Below are positions 10,234-18,929 of a stretch of DNA of 64,000 bases, in pieces. The position numbers and the translations under genes were made by a program. Under the pieces are notes generated by a model that ran no database searches, was not told the origin of the DNA, and saw only the letters and a program-made list of their open reading frames with translations. The stretch spans positions 2,272,001 to 2,336,000 of the forward strand of contig CBDFJF010000002.1 of assembly GCA_965248265.1 (NCBI GenBank), in the 5' to 3' direction. The DNA comes from Candidatus Latescibacterota bacterium. GTDB lineage: Bacteria; Latescibacterota; UBA2968; UBA8231. How positions within the stretch are numbered: position 1 is the stretch's first letter; every line of letters starts with the position of its first letter.

Positions 10234-10450
10234 ATGGCGGCGGATTTCGGGGACAAACGGGAATGGTTCCGACAGAAGCGGTTCGGCCTGTTGATCCACT
10301 GGGGGATCTATGCGATTCCCGGCTGGCACGAACAGCACCAGTGGCGGGGCCGCGTGCCCTGGGACGAATACGTCAAGCTCGCGGACCGGTGGAACCCCGT
10401 TCGCTTCGATCCCGATGCCTACCTCGATTTGGCCGCGGAGGTCGGCATAC
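10234..10450 (+). pseudogene. N-terminal fragment of alpha-L-fucosidase (GH29)
   Basis: WFRQKRFGLLIHWGIYAIPG...WNPVRFDP..YLDLAAEVG, then homology stops abruptly. Confidence 0.85.
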
Positions 10451-10582
10451 AGACGGGTGAACCCGTCGAATTCGCCGTGGCGCGGACCGACCATGTCAGC
10501 ATCATGGCCCGTTGACGGCGCGAGCCAGAGAAAACGACGTGGAGCATCTTATTGGCGACATGGGTGGGGCAACGAGGTTGAG

Positions 10583-12496
10583 ATGACAGCGCAATCGAAT
10601 GGGCAGGATGCACCGATCGTACTACCCGACGGAACGCCGTTCCCGCTGTGGGAGGACGAGACGGATTACCGCAAGGTCTACTGCGTGGACCAGCAGCATC
10701 CGGAGGCGGCGGACGACAATCCGGGCACGGAAGCGGAGCCCTTCCAGACCATTCAGGCCGCTGCCGACGTCGTCGAGCCCGGTGAGAAGGTGCTGATCAA
10801 GTCGGGCATCTACCGCGAGCTTGTGCAGCCCCGACGCGGCGGCGCGGGACCGAGGGCGATGATCAGCTACGAGGCCGCTCCGGGCGCCGAGGCCGTCATC
10901 CGCGGTTCGGAAGTGCTGAGTGCGGAGTGGACAAATTCGGAGGGCCGATCGGTGAGTGTGTGGATGGCGGAACTGCCCGCGGCGTTCTTCGAAGGGGACC
11001 ATCCCTTTGCCGTCGTCAACACCACCGACGACGACTTCGAGAACATGCGTTGGGCCCGTGGGGAGCGCGGGCTGGTTCCGCACACGTTGCCCCGGGCCAT
11101 GGTGTTCCAGGACGGCCGCCGACTGACTCAGCTCGGGACGCTCGAGGAGTTGCCCCGGGCCGCGGGGGCGTTCTGGATCGACACAGAGAACCATCGGCTG
11201 CACGTGAATCCCTTCGACCGCAGGAAACCCGGCGCGAGTGTGATGGAGGCGACGGCCCGGCAGTTCCTGTTCAATCCGATGGTGAAGGGATTGGGCTACA
11301 TCGGCATCAAGGGCTTGACCTTCGAGCATGCGGGCAACGGCTTCATTCGCTCTGGACATGGCGCCGTGACGACGTGGTGTGGCCACCACTGGATCATCGA
11401 GGACAACACTCTCTGTCACATGAACTCCACCGCCCTCGAGATCGGCGCACTCACCGAAGAAGGGCCGGGGAGTGGGGATTGGACTGAGCTTGAAAAAACG
11501 GTCGGTGACCATCTGGTAAGACGCAATCATGTCTACGATTGTGGCACCGGCGGCATTCAGGGAACCGCGGTGGCGCGCAGCCTGGTGGCTGACAATCACA
11601 TCCACGATTGCGGCTGGCAGGAAGTGGAGCACATCTGGGAGGCCGCAGGCATCAAGATCCTCCTCACGCTAAATTGTGTGGTGCAGTGCAATCACATTCA
11701 CCACTGTCATGCTTGCACGGGCATCTGGATCGATTGCGGCAATCGCAACTCGCGGGTGTCCCGCAATCTCGTGCACGACATCGCGTCGGTGAACGGGGGT
11801 ATCTTGTTCGAGGCATCGAATGTCCTCAACCTGATCGACCACAACGTCGTCTACGACATGGAAGGCGCCGCCGTTCACCTGCACGACTGCGATCGGGTAC
11901 TGGTGGCCCACAATCTGATGCTGAACTGCACCTTCGCCGCGGTTCACCTGACGAAGAACCAGGGCCGTGACCGCGTGGGCGTGTGCAAGCACAACCGCAT
12001 CGTCAACAACGTCATCGCCCGGTGTCCGGAGGGTTTCGATTACTTCGACAAGGAAAACGTGTCGGACTACAACCTCCTCTCCCGCATGGGCGGCGGTTTC
12101 GACCTGATCGGATGGCAGGCGACCGGACTGGACGCCCACAGCACGACGGCACAGCTCGACGTGGCGATCGATCCCGAGGAACAGAGCATCACCTGGTCAT
12201 CTCAATCCGAGATCCCGGCGGTGACTCGCGACGAGCTCTTGTGTCTCGACTACTTCGGGCGCCCGTATCCCGGGGACGACGTCTCGGTAGGCCCCTTCGT
12301 CGAAGGCTGGGGGCCGGTGTGCCGCCGCCTGAGACTCGTTGCGGTGGACGGTGACACACAGCACACACATGAGAGGGGAATACGGACCAAGGTAGGATCT
12401 GTCGACGGCCGGATGGAGTTGTTCGCCACTGATGGCTCAGGCCTAAGCAGGTATAACACCAACGTATGGGTGATGTGGAGGTACTGGAATGCGTAA
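10583..12496 (+). CDS. Right-handed parallel beta-helix protein (DUF1565-like N-terminus); C-terminal tail probably non-native
   Basis: ADDNPGTEAEPFQTIQAAA, GIYRE, repeated NHIHDC/GIWID/HNVVY motifs; RBS GAGG before ATG 10583. Confidence 0.8.
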   Translation: MTAQSNGQDAPIVLPDGTPFPLWEDETDYRKVYCVDQQHPEAADDNPGTEAEPFQTIQAAADVVEPGEKVLIKSGIYRELVQPRRGGAGPRAMISYEAAPGAEAVIRGSEVLSAEWTNSEGRSVSVWMAELPAAFFEGDHPFAVVNTTDDDFENMRWARGERGLVPHTLPRAMVFQDGRRLTQLGTLEELPRAAGAFWIDTENHRLHVNPFDRRKPGASVMEATARQFLFNPMVKGLGYIGIKGLTFEHAGNGFIRSGHGAVTTWCGHHWIIEDNTLCHMNSTALEIGALTEEGPGSGDWTELEKTVGDHLVRRNHVYDCGTGGIQGTAVARSLVADNHIHDCGWQEVEHIWEAAGIKILLTLNCVVQCNHIHHCHACTGIWIDCGNRNSRVSRNLVHDIASVNGGILFEASNVLNLIDHNVVYDMEGAAVHLHDCDRVLVAHNLMLNCTFAAVHLTKNQGRDRVGVCKHNRIVNNVIARCPEGFDYFDKENVSDYNLLSRMGGGFDLIGWQATGLDAHSTTAQLDVAIDPEEQSITWSSQSEIPAVTRDELLCLDYFGRPYPGDDVSVGPFVEGWGPVCRRLRLVAVDGDTQHTHERGIRTKVGSVDGRMELFATDGSGLSRYNTNVWVMWRYWNA

Positions 12497-13682
12497 GTTC
12501 GCCAATCGTTTTGGACGACTGGGGACCGAAACGGCTTTCAAGGTGGGGGCGGATACGGCCGCCTGGGCAGCAGAAGGTCACAAGGTCTACCCGTTTCATC
12601 TGGGAGATATAAATATTCCCACGCCACAGCATATTGTCGATGCAGCTATGGCTGGGATCAAAGCCGGGAAGACCGGCTATGCTCCCGGAGCTGGAATTGA
12701 TCCTCTTCGTCAGGCGCTGGCCGAGGACATTTCCGTCGACAGGGGCATACAGCTGGAGCCAGAGAACATCTCGGTCCAACCAGGTGGGAAGCCAATTATC
12801 GGCAAGTTTCTCAGTATGGTGTTGGAGGAGGGGTTGGGTGCGCTGTATCCCAACCCGGGATATCCCATTTACGAATCCCAGATCGACTATCTGGGTGCCA
12901 AAGCACTGCCCTACGGCTACTCACCGACAGCCGACGGCTTCGAGATCAACAGAGACGAGATCGAGGCGCAAATCGACGGGAACACCGCTGTACTGATCTT
13001 CAACAACTATCAGAATCCCATTGGAGCAGAATCCAGCGATGGGGAAATGCAGTGGCTGGCCAACCTGGCAAACGAATACGATCTATGGGTTCTGTCCGAC
13101 GAGGCCTACTTCGATATCCGCTATGGAGGTGAGAGCAAAAGTATCGCCAGCCTTCCGGGCATGGCCGAACGGACCGTAATCCTGTACACGTTTTCGAAGA
13201 AATTTGCCATGACCGGTTGGCGTTTGGGTTGCGCAGCGGGTCCCGCCGAGCTGATCGATGGGATCTCCAAACACAATGCGAATCACGAATCCTGCTCGAA
13301 TCACTTTGTCCAGATGGCTGGCATCGCTGCTCTGCAGGGGCCGGACGAACCACAGCAGGCCATCGTGGCTGAACTCCGGAGACGCAGGGACATTCTGGTC
13401 GATAGGCTGCTAGAGATCGATGGCGTGAAAGTAACAAGGCCTGAAACAACATTCTACCTGTTCCCCGATGTTACCGAGGTCTATCAGCGCAAGGGCTATC
13501 AGAATTCGGCTGAGATCAGACGAGAAGCGTTGGAGAAGACGGGAGTTTCATTCTGCTCGCGTGAGCATTTTGGCCGACCTTCGCCCGGGGAAGACAGAGT
13601 TTTCGTTCGGTTTGCGTTTAGCGGCATACCTGTTGACCAGATAGAAGAGGGCCTGGAACGGCTGGCAGCATTCTGGGAATGA
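12489..13682 (+). CDS. PLP-dependent aminotransferase class I/II
   Basis: PGGKPII, NPGYPIY, NNYQNPIG, LSDEAY, FSKKFAMTGWRLG. Confidence 0.93.
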   Translation: MRKFANRFGRLGTETAFKVGADTAAWAAEGHKVYPFHLGDINIPTPQHIVDAAMAGIKAGKTGYAPGAGIDPLRQALAEDISVDRGIQLEPENISVQPGGKPIIGKFLSMVLEEGLGALYPNPGYPIYESQIDYLGAKALPYGYSPTADGFEINRDEIEAQIDGNTAVLIFNNYQNPIGAESSDGEMQWLANLANEYDLWVLSDEAYFDIRYGGESKSIASLPGMAERTVILYTFSKKFAMTGWRLGCAAGPAELIDGISKHNANHESCSNHFVQMAGIAALQGPDEPQQAIVAELRRRRDILVDRLLEIDGVKVTRPETTFYLFPDVTEVYQRKGYQNSAEIRREALEKTGVSFCSREHFGRPSPGEDRVFVRFAFSGIPVDQIEEGLERLAAFWE

Positions 13683-13851
13683 TCCCGGGAACACTCAAGC
13701 TCACCCACCCACATCATCCCTGGGATTGAGCCGTGGAGGGGAACTTGCCCGAAATGCTCGAGCAATGGATGATTCACAGAGTGACTCGGGGGGGTGATTA
13801 CCACAGCGGGACGCTGGTCACCGACCCGCGCTCGGCGGCACACATGAGCGC

Positions 13852-13960
13852 GTCTTCGGAGTATCCGACAGGGACTGGCCCCTGTATGATGTGAAGCACG
13901 GCCGCCAAGCCATCGGCTACCATCCAGAGGGCAAGTCCATCGTGCCCCTGGACAAGCGGG
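13852..13960 (+). pseudogene. C-terminal shard of an NAD-dependent epimerase paralogue
   Basis: VFGVSDRDWPLYDVKHGRQAIGYHPEGKS aligns with VFGVSDSNSDRYDIEHGQRAIGYYPQDRS of 62707..63402. Confidence 0.7.
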
Positions 13961-13978
13961 AAAAAGCACTTTCCCGAT

Positions 13979-14707
13979 TTAAACCTTCGGTTGCTCGAGG
14001 ACAACCTGGACACCAAGACCCCAGAACTGCTCTCTGACATCGGGCGAATAGGTGCGGAAACACACCCCGACGCCCGTGCCTTCGAGTGACCTGACGGCGT
14101 ACTCCACGCAGTCATCGACCGATTTCAAACCGTGATTGGGATGAGAATCGAGACTGAGGGCGAGATCGGTTGGACCGAACGAGACGCAATCCACTCCCGG
14201 CCTGACCAGTTTGTGGACATTCTGTACGGCGTCGACGGACTCGACCTGGATCCACAGCACGCCGAAGGAATTCCAGAAAGCGGTGTACTCGCTGAAATCT
14301 CCGTGCTCCTTCTCTTCTCGCCGGTGACGCCCGCCGACACTGCGGTAGCCGTCCTGCGGATAGTAGAAATACTTCACGGCCTCATCGACCGTCGACTCCA
14401 ACTCTACCTGAGGAACCTCGATCCCGCATGGGCCGAGGTCGAGGTAGTTGCCGACCAGGTAGGTGAGGAAGGTGTGCTTGATGCGGAAGTTGACGAACAC
14501 GTCGGCCTCAGCGGCCATGTCGCAAAAGGCGGCCAGCGTCTCCTCATTGAGAGGAGAATGCTGACCGTCGACGGAGACGAAGTCGTAGTCGTCAGAAGAC
14601 AGGATCCGGTCGAAGCGGTCCTTGCCCGTGTTCATCGGCATGCCCACGCCGACGAGCCTGTCCCCATCGTGATACCGCTTCTTCAAACCGATTGCCGAAT
14701 CGAACAC
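13979..14707 (-). CDS. HpcH/HpaI aldolase family protein
   Basis: DFVSVDGQHSP, LDLGPCGIEVPQVE, YYPQDGYRS, IQVES, FGPTDL; GTG start with AAGGAGG. Confidence 0.85.
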   Translation of the reverse strand: MFDSAIGLKKRYHDGDRLVGVGMPMNTGKDRFDRILSSDDYDFVSVDGQHSPLNEETLAAFCDMAAEADVFVNFRIKHTFLTYLVGNYLDLGPCGIEVPQVELESTVDEAVKYFYYPQDGYRSVGGRHRREEKEHGDFSEYTAFWNSFGVLWIQVESVDAVQNVHKLVRPGVDCVSFGPTDLALSLDSHPNHGLKSVDDCVEYAVRSLEGTGVGVCFRTYSPDVREQFWGLGVQVVLEQPKV

Positions 14708-15040
14708 AACGCCCTCCTTCAGGTTTTCAAGATCCTCACAGGGTAACACGCTTGCCCGTCCGTGTCGATTCGGCGACCACGCCGACCGGCCAGACACTGT
14801 TGCGTCCCCATCTCTCGCTGCCAGCTGCCACTGCGCCCGCTGGCGCTGATCGGAGGACGCTACCCACGCCCCATCCTTCACCGCACCACGATCAACGCAT
14901 AAGCACGGCTCTCAACGCCCTCAAAAATTCTCAAACGCCGCTTGACCGACTCACGATGTAATGCCGTTTATAACCACTACACATTCAACAGCAGCACGGT
15001 TGGCGCTATGCATTGAACTCGGCAACCGCGGCACGTTCCT

Positions 15041-15166
15041 CAGGGTCGCAGGGCAGCGGGACAATACACAATCAACTGGGACGGGACCGACGACGACGGT
15101 CATTCGCTCGCGACCGGTGTCTACATTGCCCGCCTGACAGCAGGTGGTGCGGTGGTGACCAGGAAG
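15041..15166 (+). pseudogene. Shard of an FlgD-Ig/T9SS-like C-terminal sorting domain
   Basis: Manual translation QGRRAAGQYTINWDGTDDDGHSLATGVYIARLTAGGAVVTRK. Confidence 0.7.
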
Positions 15167-15191
15167 CCCACGGAAGATAGATTCAACTGAT

Positions 15192-16805
15192 ATGGCCACC
15201 AGGGACAACACCGTAGATGTCCTCGTGATCGGGGCTGGCATGTCCGGCGGCGCCTTCACGTGGAGTTTGAGCGAGGCCGGCATCCAGGTTATGTGCCTTG
15301 AGCAGGGGGACTGGCTCGACCCGGCAACCTACACCAGCACCCATGACGATTGGCAGCAGCAGATCTACTCCGACTTCAGCCTGGACCCGAATGTTCGCGG
15401 CCGGCGCGAAGACTATCCGGTAAACAGCGACGACTCTCCGATCACGCCGCTGATGTTCAACGCCGTCGGCGGCAGCGGGATTCACTGGGGCGCCCACCAC
15501 CCGCGGATGCGACCGTCGGACTTCAAGACCAATACGCTCGACGGCGTGGGCGACGACTGGCCGCTAACCTATTACGACCTCGAGCCGTTCTTCGACCTCA
15601 ATGACAGGATGACCGGCATCGCCGGCCTCAACGGCAATCCGGCCTACCCGCCGATGCCGCCCAGGCAGACGGGCCCGATCCGGCTGGGCAAGGTAGGGAA
15701 CAAGCTGGCGGAGGGGTTCGAGAAGCTGGGGTGGCACTGGTGGCCGGCGGAGAGCGCGATAAACTCCGCGCCCTACGATGGTCGGCCCGCGTGCACGTAT
15801 GGAGGACCGTGCATCACCGGGTGTCCCAACCGTTCGAAATCGAGCTCCGATGTGACCTACTGGCCGAAGGCGATCGCGAACGGAGCGGTGTTGAAAACCG
15901 GCGCGCGCGTGGCGGAGATCGTCGTCGGAAACGATGGACTCGCGGAACGGGTTGTGTACTACGATCGCAACGGAGCTGTCCAGGAGCAGAAGGCCCGGGT
16001 GGTCGTCCTGGCCTGCAACGGGATCGGTACGCCGCGTCTGCTGCTGAACTCTACATCCGCACGGTTTCCCGAGGGACTGGCGAACAGCAGCGGGCTCGTC
16101 GGGAAGAATCTGATGCTGCATCCGATAGCGGTGACCATGGGCGCGTTCGACGAGGACCTCGAGGCCCATAAGGGGCCGCTGGCCCTCACGATCACGAGCT
16201 ACGAGCATTATGAGACCGACACCTCGCGAGGGTTCGTCAGGGGGTACCAACTGCAGGGCAACCGCGACCTCGGTCCGGTCAACACCGCGCTTGGAGGTCA
16301 AGTGGAGCAACCGGTGCCCTGGGGTGAGGACCATCACCGCGCGTTCGATGAACGAATAGGTCGGGTAATTCCTATCGCCGCGGTCGGGGAGGACCTTCCA
16401 GAGCTTCACAACGAGGTCGTGTTGGACCCGGATCTGACCGACGGCGACGGCATTGCAGCGCCCAAAGTCAACTACATCCAGGCGGACAACAGCAAGAAAA
16501 TGATGGCACACGCCATCGCCCGTGCCACCGAAGCGCTGCAAGCGGCAGGAGCCAGGAAAGTGCTCGCCAACCCTTTGTTGAAAGGGGGCGGGTTCCACCT
16601 CATGGGCACGGCGCGAATGGGAACGGACCGCGGTAATTCGGTAGTGGACGAGTGGGGACGGGCCCACGACGTCAAGAATCTCTTCATCATCGACGGCAGC
16701 CTGTTCGTCACCAGCGGGGGTGTCAATCCCACCTCGACGATCCAGGCGTTGGCGCTGCGCAGCGCCGATTACGTCAAACGCAACGCCAGGAATATCCTAG
16801 ACTGA
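15192..16805 (+). CDS. GMC family FAD oxidoreductase
   Basis: VLVIGAGMSG, VGGSGIHWG, CTYGGPCITGC, LVGKNLMLHP, HLMGTARMG, NPTSTIQALA. Confidence 0.95.
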   Translation: MATRDNTVDVLVIGAGMSGGAFTWSLSEAGIQVMCLEQGDWLDPATYTSTHDDWQQQIYSDFSLDPNVRGRREDYPVNSDDSPITPLMFNAVGGSGIHWGAHHPRMRPSDFKTNTLDGVGDDWPLTYYDLEPFFDLNDRMTGIAGLNGNPAYPPMPPRQTGPIRLGKVGNKLAEGFEKLGWHWWPAESAINSAPYDGRPACTYGGPCITGCPNRSKSSSDVTYWPKAIANGAVLKTGARVAEIVVGNDGLAERVVYYDRNGAVQEQKARVVVLACNGIGTPRLLLNSTSARFPEGLANSSGLVGKNLMLHPIAVTMGAFDEDLEAHKGPLALTITSYEHYETDTSRGFVRGYQLQGNRDLGPVNTALGGQVEQPVPWGEDHHRAFDERIGRVIPIAAVGEDLPELHNEVVLDPDLTDGDGIAAPKVNYIQADNSKKMMAHAIARATEALQAAGARKVLANPLLKGGGFHLMGTARMGTDRGNSVVDEWGRAHDVKNLFIIDGSLFVTSGGVNPTSTIQALALRSADYVKRNARNILD

Positions 16806-16817
16806 TCAGGGACTGCC

Positions 16818-17297
16818 ATGCCGGCAAATCCACCAGAAGAAGGTCTCTACTTATCAGATCAACGGCGCGCGCTGCTGAGCAGCGTACTCGACTGCCTGGT
16901 TCCAGCGACTGACAGTCTCCCGGGCGCCGGCGCTCTGGGTGTGGCCGGGCACGTCGAAAGGAGTGCGAGCCGCTTCGTGAGTACAAGGAGGCTCCTGTCC
17001 GAAGGGCTCAGAGCCATTGACATCACCGGCGTGAAGGGGCATTCCCACCAGTTTGCCGATCTGTCCGATTGCGACAAGGTAGACGTACTCAAGCAGGTTG
17101 AGGTGGAGCGCCCCAGCTTCTTCGAGTTTCTGGTGCAGCACGCGTATGTCGGCTACTACTCGAATCCTACGGTGCTGCGAGAGAAGGGCCTGCCGTTGCG
17201 GCCACCACAGCCTGAGGGTTACGAGCTTGCCGAGTTCGATGCGTCCCTCCTTGACAACGTGCGGAGTCGCGAGAAGGTCTACAGAGAGGCGCGGTAG
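16818..17297 (+). CDS. Gluconate 2-dehydrogenase subunit 3-like protein
   Basis: LDCLVP...PGA..LGV, FADLS, GYYSNP; directly follows the GMC gene. Confidence 0.85.
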   Translation: MPANPPEEGLYLSDQRRALLSSVLDCLVPATDSLPGAGALGVAGHVERSASRFVSTRRLLSEGLRAIDITGVKGHSHQFADLSDCDKVDVLKQVEVERPSFFEFLVQHAYVGYYSNPTVLREKGLPLRPPQPEGYELAEFDASLLDNVRSREKVYREAR

Positions 17298-17369
17298 CGA
17301 ATGCTAAACGAAAAACCAGCAGTTCAACTATCACGCCATACAGGCGTCGCCGCCCGTCGCGCCCATTAA

Positions 17370-18908
17370 TCAGCTGGCCTCCACAAACTGGAACGCGTAG
17401 AGCTTTGCCGAACGCATCGTGACGCGCATCCGGACAGGCCGGCCGCTCAGCGAGCCGACGTCGGGGCCTCCCCGCCACCAGACCTCCTGCGCGACGCCGT
17501 TCCGGTCGACCGACACGGCGTCCTCGAACGTGTACCCGGGAAACGGCTTGCCGCCTTCGTCCTGGAGCTCGACCCACGCTTCGCCCATGGCGCCACAGTC
17601 GATGTTCAGCAGCAGACGGTTGCCTGCGAACTCGATCGGTGGCGTCACGAACCACCCGTCATCTGGTCCCGCATCCACCGAGACAAAACCGTCCAGACGC
17701 TGTTTGGCCTGCCAGATGCGCACGTCGCGCTCATATTGACCGTGGGTGCACGCCCCCTCGGCGCAGTACTGGTAGATGAAGTTTCCCCGCCGGACCAGCC
17801 CTACGCCCATGTAGACAGATCCCCCGAGCTGCGGCTCGTCCATCAGACCAAGGCCAACGTAGGGCGTACGGAAGCGCTCGAAGGTGACGCCGTCGCGGCT
17901 AACGGCGAGCTGCACATCGAGTGGGCCGCCGTTCTTGTGTTGCCCTCGATCGTCCCGCCCATGGCTGTTCTGCCCCTCGTAATGCCTGTATAGGGTCGGG
18001 AAGGCAAAGATTGCGTCGTCCGCCCATACGTATGGATTGACACAGGGCGTGTAGATGTCGGTGGCTGGCGGATCACGCTCGTCACCCGTTATGATCTCCG
18101 GGGCGCACTGCGGCGGCATCCGGTCGTACAACCCCACCGGGCTCCTAGGCAATGTGTTGTCCTCATCAAAATTGAACGGCAACTGCGTTAGCGAGGGCGA
18201 GGTCAGACGGGTGACCGTCCGCCTTCTCCCGGGCACGGGCGACGCGCCGCGCAGGTACGCAACGTAGGTGCCGGCGCCGGCATCGTAGAGGACCTGGTTC
18301 TGCGAGTCGCAGCGAAAGGGAACGACGACTCCGCTGCGCTGCCGGCGCCACGATATGCCATCCTCGGAATGGAGCAGGTACAACCCGGCGTGGACTGGCC
18401 GGCTGCCGTCGGGGGCGTCGTAACCGCCGAAGTACGTATCCCGGGCCTCGTCCCAGATCGGCGGCTCGGTGCGCTCGCCCAGCGTTCCCACGAACCAGAA
18501 CCTGCTGCCGCACGTCTCATTGGGGTCGAGAAACGGCGTGCCGACCGCGCCGGGCATGACCACGTTGTTGTGAGCCAGTCCCTCCACCTCGAACCGGTCC
18601 ACCGGCGCCAGCTCCCAGTCGATGCCGTCGTCCGACCAGGCCAGGCAGCACATGTACCCTACGTGATCACGTTCACGCATCTCGTCCGGCCTCAGGAGGT
18701 AGTACAGCCAGAAACGACCGTCCACGTCGAGTACCGTGTGGTAGTGACGGGCGTGCAGGCCGGGGAGGGACGGCAGATTGATAGGTGTGCGCTGCAAGGG
18801 GGGATTGACCGTGAACTGCAGGTCTGCGGACGACTCGACGAAGCGACGGTCAAACAGCAGCTGTTTGCGTGTGCCTACAGGCCATACCTGAGTTGTTTTT
18901 GCCATCAT
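17370..18908 (-). CDS. GH32-like beta-propeller protein
   Basis: KQLLFD, SDDGIDW, HSEDGISW, DSQN, VSRDG, RLDGFVS, AKLYAFQF. Confidence 0.72.
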   Translation of the reverse strand: MMAKTTQVWPVGTRKQLLFDRRFVESSADLQFTVNPPLQRTPINLPSLPGLHARHYHTVLDVDGRFWLYYLLRPDEMRERDHVGYMCCLAWSDDGIDWELAPVDRFEVEGLAHNNVVMPGAVGTPFLDPNETCGSRFWFVGTLGERTEPPIWDEARDTYFGGYDAPDGSRPVHAGLYLLHSEDGISWRRQRSGVVVPFRCDSQNQVLYDAGAGTYVAYLRGASPVPGRRRTVTRLTSPSLTQLPFNFDEDNTLPRSPVGLYDRMPPQCAPEIITGDERDPPATDIYTPCVNPYVWADDAIFAFPTLYRHYEGQNSHGRDDRGQHKNGGPLDVQLAVSRDGVTFERFRTPYVGLGLMDEPQLGGSVYMGVGLVRRGNFIYQYCAEGACTHGQYERDVRIWQAKQRLDGFVSVDAGPDDGWFVTPPIEFAGNRLLLNIDCGAMGEAWVELQDEGGKPFPGYTFEDAVSVDRNGVAQEVWWRGGPDVGSLSGRPVRMRVTMRSAKLYAFQFVEAS

Positions 18909-18929
18909 CCTCTCCTTCTCCTGGGATTT

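Noticed and set aside
10310-10582. N-terminal extension of the 728-aa ORF
   Set aside because: Off-frame overlap with the GH29 fragment; the RBS and homology start at 10583
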